NCBI GenBank assembly: GCA_041663045.1
Contig: JBAZRH010000002.1
Coordinates: 7,179-71,178, forward strand
Length of the DNA stretch: 64,000 nt
Direction of reading: 5' to 3'
Source: Minisyncoccota bacterium
GTDB lineage: Bacteria > Patescibacteriota > Minisyncoccia > Phycocordibacterales > GWA1-40-21
Shown: one piece after another, positions 1 through 9,067 of the stretch
Layout: every line of letters begins with the position of its first letter
Numbering within the stretch: position 1 is the first letter of the stretch
The notes under the pieces: generated by a model
The model's database searches: none
Told to the model about the DNA's origin: nothing
What the model saw: only the letters and a program-made list of their open reading frames with translations
Program-made: the position numbers and the translations under genes

Positions 1-16
1 CAAAAGAGAAGATAAA

Positions 17-40
17 CGCCCGCCGTAAGAACGGCGGGCG
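17..40 (-). terminator. Perfect GC hairpin (cgcccgccg / taagaa / cggcgggcg) followed by an A/T run; DGR VR-flanking hairpin and/or intrinsic terminator of target gene 1
   Basis: 9-bp all-GC stem with a 6-nt loop. An identical copy at 2810-2833 sits downstream of the second VR. The flanking sequence (aaacgcccgccgtaagaacggcgggcgcaaaaatcaa) is shared by both copies. Confidence 0.7.
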
Positions 41-50
41 CAAAAATCAA

Positions 51-119
51 ACCCCGTCAGAAGTCTTCAATGTTTTAATTTATCTTTAATCACTAAGCGC
101 GTTGGACTTCTGACGGGGT
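51..119. repeat. 69-bp palindromic insertion (15-16-bp perfect terminal inverted repeats accccgtcagaagtc ... gacttctgacggggt) between the VR1 stop codon and the conserved GC hairpin
   Basis: It is absent from the otherwise identical VR2 3' flank (2836-2842 joins caaaaatcaa directly to atctcgagg). It forms a long hairpin and creates the TAA stop of gene 119..970. Confidence 0.7.
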
Positions 120-970
120 TAAATCTCGAGGAGGACAACACGATAAGCGGCAAGCCATGAATCGCCTAGCCAGTCCGCACTGCGAAGCCAACCCGACCCG
201 TCCCAACGCGCAGACGGAACAAACCAGTCGCCGCCGGAACTGCGAACGAGGGAACCGGGAAAATAGAACCATACATCCGTATCTTTCAAAGAGGGTGGTG
301 TCTTGGTCGGGTTTTCAGTAAGCCATTTCCAATATTCCAAACCGGGGATGTGGTGGGTACCAGAGTAAGTATCCGCTAGATGCTTAAAGACATCACAGAG
401 TGGTCTGCCGACAAAGGAGGACAGGTCTGGGATAAAGATTTTGGATTCCTGAATATTTTCGAAATCTATATTCTGCATGTCTGGATTCAACATGTATTCG
501 CCGAATTTATCAGTATCGGTATCATCTTTTAGAGCGGTGTAGTCTTGGTCTTCTGGCTTGATTAGGGTGGGAACAAACCCTTTTTCTGGTTTTCCAAAAA
601 GTCCTTCCAAAATAGCTTTGTTTTGAGAATTGAGAGAAGTAATATCTGGGACAGATTCTTGAGGCAGATCTTTATCGCTTGATAGCATTTCTTTTATTTT
701 ATCTATTTGCTTGTCTGCCCGCAAAAGATCCTTTTGCATCTCTAATTTTCTTTTTTCTCCACTTCCTTCTGGTTCACCCTCTTTGTCATCAAAATCGCCT
801 TTCTCCAGCATGTCTTCATAAATATCTATCTGTTCCAAAGCATAAAGGCGAATATTCTCCATCCGTTCCGAAAGAGCTTGGCGAAGCTCTTCTTGAGTTT
901 TCTCTGGTCTTTGGGATTTTTCTGGAGATTTACGGCCTTTAGCCATCTGGTTTATAGCTTCAAAATTCAT
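119..970 (-). CDS. DGR target protein 1: coiled-coil/charged N-terminus plus C-terminal C-type-lectin/FGE-like variable domain (ends AAYRVVLLEI); no signal peptide
   Basis: The C-terminal roughly 150 aa is homologous to the C-terminus of the 2840..5218 product. The last about 45 codons form VR1 (122-258). Confidence 0.8.
   Translation of the reverse strand: MNFEAINQMAKGRKSPEKSQRPEKTQEELRQALSERMENIRLYALEQIDIYEDMLEKGDFDDKEGEPEGSGEKRKLEMQKDLLRADKQIDKIKEMLSSDKDLPQESVPDITSLNSQNKAILEGLFGKPEKGFVPTLIKPEDQDYTALKDDTDTDKFGEYMLNPDMQNIDFENIQESKIFIPDLSSFVGRPLCDVFKHLADTYSGTHHIPGLEYWKWLTENPTKTPPSLKDTDVWFYFPGSLVRSSGGDWFVPSARWDGSGWLRSADWLGDSWLAAYRVVLLEI
122..258 (-). repeat. DGR variable region VR1
   Basis: Differs from TR (2341-2468) at about 25 positions. 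Essentially all of them are positions where TR has A on the coding strand (AAT/AAC Asn codons in TR become S, D, F, R, L, G codons here). Confidence 0.85.
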
Positions 971-1039
971 ACTAATATGATAACAAATTTAAATATAATT
1001 TAACAGGGTATGATTATAATCTTATAACTCATGGTCTTA

Positions 1040-1899
1040 GATTGCCAATCTTTTCTAGCAAATCTGTCTTGATCTTGTGGGTATTTCCATAACTCAATAA
1101 CCCTAAATATGATAAAACCACTTCCTCCTTTGTATCGGGGAAAATGGCTTGATACATTCTTATTTTTGTCCTCGTCCGTAAGACTCAATATTTCTCAAAA
1201 TGTACCCAACCGAGAAAATCTATTCCAGAGCTCGCGGTTTTTATAAATACCTTGTCCGGATGTAATTCTAATTTTAAATTCTCTGCTAGAAATAATTTCA
1301 CCTTAGGTATCAAACCTTCAAGCCACAACTTATCTCTGCGGTATACCCTTGAGAAAACTGTCTATGACCGTATGAATGACCTGAATAAATCTCGGACATA
1401 CTATATGCCGATCGATTATCTTTTTTAAAATCTGATGGTCAATAGAAGCAAAACATTTTCTAATATCACCCTTCAATATCCAGACGGTTTTGGTATTATT
1501 TAAGCCTTCTTTTCTGACAAAAGACTTAAACCTAGCCAGTGCCCGATGCGTCCCCTTTTCCAGACGACAAGAATATGAATCAAAAATAAAAAATCGGTCA
1601 AAATATGGATATACTGCCCGATAAATAGCGTGATGGACTATTCTGTCTTTGACTGTCGCTTTATGAATATCCCGCAGTTTTGGCTCTCTGATTTGAAAAA
1701 ACTTATATCCTCCGTGGCGATAGGTGCCATTCATAATTTCCTCTTTTAAATCAAAGATACTTCCTGATAGGTTAAGAAAGAAATCCGCAACATCTGCCTT
1801 TTTCTTTTTGCCGTTTCTGAATTCTAACCAACTTCTCATCAGAGATTGATAAGAGAAAATCTCTTCAAACTTGCCAGTGTATGTTTTATCTTTATGCAT
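1040..1899 (-). pseudogene. DGR-type reverse transcriptase, disrupted (frameshifts plus internal deletion removing the motif 4/5 YxDD region)
   Basis: ORF 1330..1899 encodes RT motifs 1-3 (YRHGGYKFFQIREPKLRDI, DRIVHHAIY, FIFDSYSCRLEKGTHRALARF, LKGDIRKCFASIDH) and then stops at GIPQR. A second frame continues DKLWLEGL..LKLELHPDKVFIKTASSGIDFLGWVHF (motifs 6/7). A third frame gives SYLGLLSYGNTHKI (DGR RT C-terminal motif). No YxDD can be found. Confidence 0.7.
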
Positions 1900-1914
1900 T
1901 ATAATAGCTAAATT

Positions 1915-2340
1915 ATGAATATTAAAAAGAAATCATTTTTACCGCCAAAAAAATTATCAGGGATAACATCAAATCTACTGGAAGCTTATGTCTTCTGGCA
2001 AAGTAAGACCAAACATATCCCCAAGATGCTCCGCTATTCCATGGGTGTGCGGATTGATTCTATTTTTGCGGAAATGATAGAGACAGTTTACATCGCAATA
2101 TTTACTTCTCCAGAAAAGAGAGCCCTCTTGATAGATAAGGCTAATACCAGAAATGATTTACTCAAATTCATGCTCAATGTCTTGTTTGAACTAAAAGGTC
2201 TGAAAGAAGACGCCTTCAGTGAAATCTCATTGAAAATGGAAGAGATCGGCCGAGTGCTATACGGTTGGAGAAATCAAGTGGAAAGACAAAACCAAAACGG
2301 TTCGACAAAAGCCGAACCTATTGGAAATGATAAAAAGTAA
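1915..2340 (+). CDS. avd: Avd-like accessory variability determinant (four-helix-bundle protein)
   Basis: 141 aa. The pattern IPKMLRYSMGVRIDSIFAEMIETVYIAIF ... KFMLNVLFEL ... EEIGRVLYGWRNQV matches the Avd / 23S-IVS four-helix-bundle family. Its stop codon abuts the TR. Confidence 0.65.
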   Translation: MNIKKKSFLPPKKLSGITSNLLEAYVFWQSKTKHIPKMLRYSMGVRIDSIFAEMIETVYIAIFTSPEKRALLIDKANTRNDLLKFMLNVLFELKGLKEDAFSEISLKMEEIGRVLYGWRNQVERQNQNGSTKAEPIGNDKK

Positions 2341-2468
2341 CGAGGAGGACAACGCGATATTCGGCATTCCACGAATTGTCTAGCCAGTTCGCATTGCGAT
2401 TCCAATCCGACCCGTCCCAATTCGCATACGGCACATTCCAGTTGCCGTCGGAATTGCGAACGAGGGAA
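2341..2468 (-). repeat. DGR template repeat (TR)
   Basis: Coding-sense translation is SLVRNSDGNWNVPYANWDGSDWNRNANWLDNSWNAEYRVVLL, with 10 AAT/AAC codons. Both VRs differ from it only at its adenines. It is not in a credible gene (ORFs 2318..2548 and 2274..2504 are spurious readings of it). Confidence 0.85.
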
Positions 2469-2809
2469 CGATAGTGCAAAGGCCATCGAGTCCACTGCCA
2501 GCAAGAGGCCTTACCCAATTGTACCGGCTGAATATAATTTGGTATCATAATGCCCCAGTCTTTGCACAGATTTTTTATCTTTTTTCAGAATATGGAACAC
2601 ACTTTTCTTTGAAATTTCGCAGAAAATCCTGGCACCATATATCTCGACACTGCATCGTGAAAGATTCACTCCGTTAAAAGCTTTAGCAGGGTTAATCCCG
2701 CACGCATATTTGCAAGTGCCTAAACAATATAACATTATATCCCCACAATCCAAAAAAATTCGCAAAAACAAGAGAAATCAAAAAACAGAAAGGCAGAAGA
2801 GAAGACAAA

Positions 2810-2833
2810 CGCCCGCCGTAAGAACGGCGGGCG
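2810..2833 (-). terminator. GC hairpin identical to 17-40, immediately downstream of the VR2 stop codon; DGR homing-associated hairpin and/or terminator
   Basis: cgcccgccg taagaa cggcgggcg, placed 7 nt past the TGA of 2840..5218. Confidence 0.7.
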
Positions 2834-2839
2834 CAAAAA

Positions 2840-5218
2840 TCAAATCTCGAGGAGGACAACGCGATACGCGGCACTCCACGAATCGCCTAGCCAGCGCGCA
2901 CTGCGATACCAACCCGACCCGTCCCAAGACGCACACGGCACAATCCAGTAGCCGCCGGAATTGCGAACGAGGGAACCAAAGTTGAAGTAGTATTTGCCGT
3001 CTTTTAAATTCACTCCTTTTGCATCAGCTGGCACTTTGTCCGGATTTTCCAATATAAATTTCCAGTATTCAATGCCTGGTAGTCGGTATTTGTCTGAATA
3101 ATTGTCAATCAGGTGTTTTGCTACTTCCGAAAGTGGTTTACCGTTGAGAGCAGAAAGGTCGGGGACGAAGATTTTGTCTTTTAGAGACTCCCAGTCCAGA
3201 TTTTGAGTATCGGGATTTACAGTAAACTCACCAAATTTAGAGGTATCAATATCAGCTTTTCTGGCTTGATAGTCTTCGGTCTTCGGATCCATGATTATTG
3301 GTTCTATGGTAGTGTCTTTTATTTTCTCATCTGAAATACCCCACATTTTATATGTCTGCTCAAGGAAAGAGGTGAATTCGGTCTTGAGGGATTCGGAATC
3401 AAGAGTCTCCTGTTTTTTGTCTGGCTTGCCTTTTAATTTTCTCCTCATAGATTTACTGAAATTATCTCCCTTTTCGGCATTTTCATCTCCCAAAAGAGCT
3501 TCAGCTTTACCCTTCAATAATTCGGCTCGTTTATGAAACGGGTCAAGCTCGGCGACTTCTTTTAAGCTTAAGTGCTTAATGTCTCCTGATTTTTCTTTCA
3601 ATTCTTCAACCGCTTCTTCACCGCGCATTGCCTTGATAGTATTGAATTTAAAGACATCATCCGGCAAATCAAGCTCTTTTGCGGTGAGAGTGAGTAGGAA
3701 ACCTTTTGAGGCTAGAATCTTGGCAACTAAAATTCTATCTTCTTTGGTGTATTCTTTGAATGTGAGAGCTGTCTTGAATCTTTCGTCCAAAAACTCGGCA
3801 AATGTCCTGCCGTTTTTACCGGTCTGCTTTTCTACAAGCCAAGAAGAGAGGATCGCTTCCACCGAACCTTGAGTCATTACGAATTTCTTGAGTGAATACA
3901 CTTTCCCTGAAGCATCCATCGCACCGGCTTTTCTTGCCACTTCTTTGTCGGTTTCATTGGTATAAGACTCTTGTATATCTGCCATCGCCTTACAAAGGTT
4001 CGGCAAGGTGGTATTCAAATCATAATATGACATATCTAAAGAGCCATCTCTATTCAAAAGGCGAGCAAGCATAATATCATAAGCTTCGTCAGCTGGAGTA
4101 TATTTGACTTCTAAGTTGTTTTGCTCAAATTCGCGAGCGATTTCTGGCGGGAGATCTTGCCTTTCAGGATTCTTCTCGGATTTTAGGTTGGCTGTAAAGA
4201 CCATCTGAAAGCCTGGCTTGATTTCTACGACACCGTTTCCCACAATATTTATCCTATCACCGACTTTTGCATTAAAAACACCTTTGATAAAGACCATTTG
4301 CTCTTTTGGCAAAGCCGTGAATTCATCAAATATAACTGTCCTGCCTTCCATCATTGCTCTTGCAAGAGGTCCGTATATTTCGACGGTTTCTATCGCACCG
4401 TCTTTGGCTGGTCTTATACCTGTCTTGCCCCAGACATTGGATTCTTTTGTCTGTGGATTACAAAAGACCATCTCCGAATCTTTGCCAGTAAAATGCGATG
4501 ATGCAAACCTTGCAAGAGATGTCTTGCCTGTCCCCGTTGGCCCATGTAAGAATATCGGCTTTCCAGTAAGCATTCTGTCCCCTATTGCCTCCAAGGCTTT
4601 TTCTACTGTTGGAGTAACACAAATATGCCCGCTTTGACCAAGATCTTCTTTATATTCTATGAGCTCTGCCTTGCGAAGAGTAATCTGATCAGATTGTTCT
4701 AATCTGGCCTCACTGGCTTCAAGCTCTTCTTTGATTGTCTTGAGCACCGCTTCATTTCTCTTTCTTGTCGGCAAAGAAATCCTTTTATCCAAAATCTCCA
4801 ACATTCTTCGCATTCTAAAATCTTTTAAATCAGAAATATTCTCTACGGTCTTTAGGACATCTGCGATTTCTGGATTTTCCCCAAGTATCGCCTCTTGATC
4901 GATTTGTGAAGAGTTTTCTGCAAGGTTTCCTTCGTATTCTGTTTTCTGTTTTCTAAGGGCTTCTTTGGCACCCTTTAAACCACTATCTTCTGGGTTTGGA
5001 TTTTTCTTATCTTTAAAATCAGCAATCTTAAAAGCAGACGCCTTTTTATCTAAAGCTTCTTTTTCTCCTTTATAGTGCTTCTCAAAGATTTCAGTTTCAG
5101 GACTGCTTTCATCACCCTCTTTTATATCAAGTTCTTGAATTGCTTTCCTCAATTCTTTTCTTCCTTCAGAAATCTCATGAAAATTAGGTATCTTTTCCAT
5201 ATTTAGATTATAAAACAA
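2840..5218 (-). CDS. DGR target protein 2: AAA+ ATPase (AAA_5, MoxR/McrB-like) with C-terminal C-type-lectin/FGE-like variable domain; no signal peptide
   Basis: Walker A FLHGPTGTGKTSLARF, Walker B VIFDEFTAL, then QMVFTANL. N-terminal coiled coil. The C-terminal 150 aa is paralogous to the 119..970 product and ends ...SWDGSGWYRSARWLGDSWSAAYRVVLLEI. Confidence 0.85.
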   Translation of the reverse strand: MFYNLNMEKIPNFHEISEGRKELRKAIQELDIKEGDESSPETEIFEKHYKGEKEALDKKASAFKIADFKDKKNPNPEDSGLKGAKEALRKQKTEYEGNLAENSSQIDQEAILGENPEIADVLKTVENISDLKDFRMRRMLEILDKRISLPTRKRNEAVLKTIKEELEASEARLEQSDQITLRKAELIEYKEDLGQSGHICVTPTVEKALEAIGDRMLTGKPIFLHGPTGTGKTSLARFASSHFTGKDSEMVFCNPQTKESNVWGKTGIRPAKDGAIETVEIYGPLARAMMEGRTVIFDEFTALPKEQMVFIKGVFNAKVGDRINIVGNGVVEIKPGFQMVFTANLKSEKNPERQDLPPEIAREFEQNNLEVKYTPADEAYDIMLARLLNRDGSLDMSYYDLNTTLPNLCKAMADIQESYTNETDKEVARKAGAMDASGKVYSLKKFVMTQGSVEAILSSWLVEKQTGKNGRTFAEFLDERFKTALTFKEYTKEDRILVAKILASKGFLLTLTAKELDLPDDVFKFNTIKAMRGEEAVEELKEKSGDIKHLSLKEVAELDPFHKRAELLKGKAEALLGDENAEKGDNFSKSMRRKLKGKPDKKQETLDSESLKTEFTSFLEQTYKMWGISDEKIKDTTIEPIIMDPKTEDYQARKADIDTSKFGEFTVNPDTQNLDWESLKDKIFVPDLSALNGKPLSEVAKHLIDNYSDKYRLPGIEYWKFILENPDKVPADAKGVNLKDGKYYFNFGSLVRNSGGYWIVPCASWDGSGWYRSARWLGDSWSAAYRVVLLEI
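2843..2977 (-). repeat. DGR variable region VR2
   Basis: About 85% identical to TR, with mismatches confined to TR-adenine positions. It is the 3' end of the AAA+ ATPase gene. Confidence 0.85.
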
Positions 5219-5236
5219 ATCAAACTAATTTACCAT

Positions 5237-6307
5237 CTACTTAACATACTTGGAATATCTGCCCAAAATTTTTGAGAATGCTTCAAGAGATGGATATTTG
5301 TATTGATAGCCGTAAGCCCTCGTGATCTTTGAACCATCTACTGCTATGGGGTATGAGTAAGATTTCCAACCACCTTTTGAGGTTGGCACCTTTCCACGAC
5401 TCAAATGCCAGAAAATAAAGAATACGATTCTCACCATCCAAGGATAAACTGTAATACTTTTTTTATTTACAGCTTTTGCCATATCTTTTCCTAGCACCGG
5501 GTCGCCAGGCGGGCAAATATTGAAAACATCATAATCTTTTTTTAAATCTGAAAAAGTGAGAAGCGAGATAATATCCACGACATCATCTTCATGAATAAAC
5601 TGTCGAAGCCACTTTGGTGTAACAGGCACAAAAGACACCATCTTGGCGATTATCCTGTGAAGCATATTTTCTTTGAGCTGTCCTGAAAGGGCGGACTGCA
5701 AACCAAAACGCACTTTCATATATCTGCCCCTTGGGCCAGTGATGGCGGCGGGTCTGACAACAGCGACTTTTATATCTTTATTTGCTTTCTTTGCCTCTTT
5801 GAATTTCTCCTCCAGATGTTCCTCGCTTATCCTTTTTTCTTCGGCATAAAGATAATCGCTCTTTCTAAAAGGTTCGGCTTCTGTGAAGCGGTGCTCTAAA
5901 GTATTTGTAGAATATGCGGAATATGAAGCGACTGTAGAAAAATGTATCAGCTTTTTGACGCTATTATTTAGAAATGCAAAATCAAAAACATTGTCAGACC
6001 CAGTAATATTCCATTTCCACTGCAAAGCTTTCTGCCCATACATCTCTCGTATCTGCCACGCACTGTGGATGACGATGTCTGGAGCATAAGAGCGGGCATT
6101 GTTCTGCCAGCTGTCGTCCCCGAGATTCGCCTGTATAAAAACTATTTTATTTTTATTTGGATTTTCTTTCAAGAATTCAGGAAGTGGATCTTTGTCTACG
6201 CCGATAATAGTCTCCACATCTTCCCTGCCGGAGAAAATATCAAGAAGCATTGCGCCGACATATCCAGAAGCGCCTGTTATAAGTATTTTGTGTTTCATTG
6301 CCGACAT
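5237..6307 (-). CDS. NAD-dependent epimerase/dehydratase family protein (SDR Rossmann fold)
   Basis: N-terminal [16 protein letters not shown] glycine-rich NAD-binding motif; the size fits the sugar-epimerase family. Confidence 0.6.
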   Translation of the reverse strand: MSAMKHKILITGASGYVGAMLLDIFSGREDVETIIGVDKDPLPEFLKENPNKNKIVFIQANLGDDSWQNNARSYAPDIVIHSAWQIREMYGQKALQWKWNITGSDNVFDFAFLNNSVKKLIHFSTVASYSAYSTNTLEHRFTEAEPFRKSDYLYAEEKRISEEHLEEKFKEAKKANKDIKVAVVRPAAITGPRGRYMKVRFGLQSALSGQLKENMLHRIIAKMVSFVPVTPKWLRQFIHEDDVVDIISLLTFSDLKKDYDVFNICPPGDPVLGKDMAKAVNKKSITVYPWMVRIVFFIFWHLSRGKVPTSKGGWKSYSYPIAVDGSKITRAYGYQYKYPSLEAFSKILGRYSKYVK

Positions 6308-6324
6308 AATAGCATTTTCGTAAA

Positions 6325-7632
6325 CTACATTCCACTCCTTGAAATGATCGTCTTTATGGTTCGTAGAAATATTTTTAAATCTATTATCACTCCCCTGTTT
6401 TTGATATAAAACATATCATAGGCAAATCTATCGTGAGTTTCTTCTACGGACTGTGGGGGTTTCTCCTGACTTATCTGCGCCCAGCCGGTAAGACCTGGTT
6501 TTACAATATATCTGAATTTATAATATGGTATGCCATCTATGAGTCTATCCACAAGACCTGCGATATCTGGCCTTGGGCCGATGAGGGAAATATCCCCAAC
6601 AAGAACATTCCAAAGTTGGGGGAATTCATCTATACGAGTTTTCCTCAAGAAATATCCGACTCGTGTAACTTTGTTTACCGACTCATTGACCCAAACACCG
6701 TGCTCATTTCCACCCATCGTCCTAAACTTACGTAATCTTATTATCTTTCCATTAAGACCAACTCTATCTTGTGAAATAAATACAGGGCCTTTATCTTCAA
6801 TCTTTATTGCAACATAAACAAATGGATATAGAATCAAAGACAAAACACCGAGAACAAAAGACCAAAATATATCTGAGATTCTTTTAAGAAGATCATAAAT
6901 TCTCCTGGATAAAGATGAAACATTTTCTATAAACCATGAATAATCTATAATAGTAATAGGGATTTTATGAAAGACATTCTCATATATATTTTCAAGACTA
7001 ATAAAAGAAAAACCAGCAAAAAATCCATCACAAAGCAGTGGTATTATATTTTTAATAACAGGATCATTAAAATCAGCGACAATTACTTTAGCACCACTTT
7101 CTTTTATCTTGGTTAAGAGGTTTTCAATATTATCTATTTTTGAAACAAAAGAAACACCGAGCGCTGGATTGTCTTTGGCTAAATTAAAGACCTCGTCTAT
7201 CTCTTTCCCATTGCCGATAATAACCGCCTTTTGCACTACTGACTTTGAAAACCAAAAATAAATATAAGAGCGCCACAAGAAAGTAATGACAAATAAAAGA
7301 AAGATAAATAGAAACAAATTTGTCTTCGGTGCAACTTCAAAATTCGGTAAGAAATAAAACATCAACACAGAAAAGATCAAATTCGTAAGCATTGTCCATC
7401 CTAAAGCCTCCGGTATCTTTTTCCTAAAAGCCATAAGTTTATTATCATACAATCCGGCTATATACATTGATATTGCCCAAAAAACGAATATAATAGAGAA
7501 AGGATAAAGATGGGAACTAATCACATTTTTATCTATAGGATAACCATATCTAAAAGCTAATATTAGGAATAGTGTCCCGAAAAATAGAATCAAATCTGCA
7601 ACAAAAATACTTAGATATCTAATCTTATTCAT
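6325..7632 (-). CDS. Polyprenyl-phosphate glycosyl-1-phosphate transferase (bacterial sugar transferase, WbaP/EpsE-like)
   Basis: N-terminal TM helices and a C-terminal sugar-transferase domain ([21 protein letters not shown] ... [21 protein letters not shown]). Confidence 0.8.
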   Translation of the reverse strand: MNKIRYLSIFVADLILFFGTLFLILAFRYGYPIDKNVISSHLYPFSIIFVFWAISMYIAGLYDNKLMAFRKKIPEALGWTMLTNLIFSVLMFYFLPNFEVAPKTNLFLFIFLLFVITFLWRSYIYFWFSKSVVQKAVIIGNGKEIDEVFNLAKDNPALGVSFVSKIDNIENLLTKIKESGAKVIVADFNDPVIKNIIPLLCDGFFAGFSFISLENIYENVFHKIPITIIDYSWFIENVSSLSRRIYDLLKRISDIFWSFVLGVLSLILYPFVYVAIKIEDKGPVFISQDRVGLNGKIIRLRKFRTMGGNEHGVWVNESVNKVTRVGYFLRKTRIDEFPQLWNVLVGDISLIGPRPDIAGLVDRLIDGIPYYKFRYIVKPGLTGWAQISQEKPPQSVEETHDRFAYDMFYIKNRGVIIDLKIFLRTIKTIISRSGM

Positions 7633-7646
7633 ACTAAAATATAATC

Positions 7647-8810
7647 ATGTTTCCGCAAAAAAGTAAAGTCTTGTTGGGGATTACAAAATCAAACTGGGGG
7701 GGTGCTCAAAAATATGTCTTTGATTTGGCGACATCTTTACCAAAAGATGATTTTGATATTACCGTAGTTTTCGGCGGAAATGGATTGATGCAGGAGAAAT
7801 TGGAGAGAGCTGGTGTAAAGATAGAGAGGTTAAATCTTGAAAATAAAATAGGGCTTTTAAAGAACGTTGCTGAATTTTTTGCAATACTGAAGATCATTTA
7901 TAAAAATAATCCTGATATATTACATCTCAATAGTTCAAAAATGGGGATTATGGCTGCGCTTGCAAGCAGAATCTGTAATATGATTCCGAGGCACAATACT
8001 AAGATAATCTTCACCGCACATGGATGGGCGTTTAATGAGGATAGACCAATCTGGCAAAGATCACTCATAAAAATAATACACTGGAAAACTGTGTTTATGA
8101 GTCATATGACAATCTGCGTATCGTCCAGTGTAAAAAAACAAATAGAGTCTTTGCCTTTAATAAGGAACAGACTGGTTTTAATAAATAACGGTATATCCGA
8201 TATTCAATTCATCGACAAATCTTCTGCAAGAGAAAAGATCTTTGAAAAAATAGGTGCTGGAAACAAAGACATGTTAAATAACAGATGGATCGGCACTATA
8301 TCCGAGCTACATAAAAATAAAGGTTTGAAATACGCTATAGAGGCCTTCTCCAAAATAGAGAAAAACTTGGCAGAAAATATTTCTTTTATAATAATCGGCG
8401 AAGGGGACGAAAGAGGTCGGCTCGATAAATTAATATCAGAACTCAACCTTTCAGGAAAAGTCTTCCTTGTCGGTAAAATCGATGAGGCAGGAAAATATTT
8501 AAAAGCCTTTGACATCTTTACTCTCACATCGATTACGGAAGCACTCGGTTATGTAATACTCGAAGCCGGAAAAGCAGAGCTACCGGTAGTGGCAAGTGCT
8601 GTGGGGGGTATACCGGAAATTATTGAAAATAACATAAACGGTATTTTGGTGAAAGTAGAAAATATTGAAGAAATCTCAAGGGCTATTGAGATATTAATAA
8701 AGAATAAGGATTTGAGAGAAAAATATGGAAAAGCCTTGAAGAATAAGGTCAATCTTAAATTTAGTATACCGAGAATGATTCAAGAAACTGTTCAAGTTTA
8801 CAATAAGTGA
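7647..8810 (+). CDS. Glycosyltransferase family 4 (GT-B fold)
   Basis: C-terminal EALGYVILEAGKAELPVVASAVGGIPEIIENNINGILV matches the GT4 E-x7-E region. Confidence 0.75.
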   Translation: MFPQKSKVLLGITKSNWGGAQKYVFDLATSLPKDDFDITVVFGGNGLMQEKLERAGVKIERLNLENKIGLLKNVAEFFAILKIIYKNNPDILHLNSSKMGIMAALASRICNMIPRHNTKIIFTAHGWAFNEDRPIWQRSLIKIIHWKTVFMSHMTICVSSSVKKQIESLPLIRNRLVLINNGISDIQFIDKSSAREKIFEKIGAGNKDMLNNRWIGTISELHKNKGLKYAIEAFSKIEKNLAENISFIIIGEGDERGRLDKLISELNLSGKVFLVGKIDEAGKYLKAFDIFTLTSITEALGYVILEAGKAELPVVASAVGGIPEIIENNINGILVKVENIEEISRAIEILIKNKDLREKYGKALKNKVNLKFSIPRMIQETVQVYNK

Positions 8811-9067
8811 TATAATGTAAATGGTTTTATTATTAATTTTCTATAAAAAATATGTCTGTAGAATTCGATAACAATAACAATTTCAATAGGAGCTTTAATC
8901 AATCCGCAAACGTACCGGGTTTGACTGGCTGGATTATAGCAAAAGGCTGGGCCAAAGATGAAAAAACCGCAAAATTATACATGGTTATTTTCTCGTTGGT
9001 TTGTTATGCAATAACTGGCTATCTATTTTTCAAATAAGAAAACTCTTAAAGATAGACGGAAATATTT

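Larger units (their letters stand above)
1..5218 (-). mobile_element. Diversity-generating retroelement (DGR) cassette: target1-VR1 / RT (degraded) / Avd / TR / VR2-target2
   Basis: Three about 130-bp near-identical copies (122-258, 2341-2468, 2843-2977). Mismatches fall almost only where copy 2341-2468 carries A on the coding (minus) strand. An Avd-like ORF and a DGR-type RT ORF lie between the two target genes. A conserved GC hairpin follows both VRs. Confidence 0.85.

Noticed and set aside
1000-1188. 62-aa ORF 1000..1188 (TTG start)
   Set aside because: It overlaps the 3' portion of the disrupted RT in a different frame. The RT C-terminal motif (SYLGLLSYGNTHKI) is in another frame of the same nucleotides.
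2274-2548. ORFs 2318..2548 and 2274..2504 on the minus strand
   Set aside because: They are two reading frames of the DGR template repeat and its flank. The TR is a non-coding template, and one frame simply mirrors the VR peptide with Asn at the variable sites.
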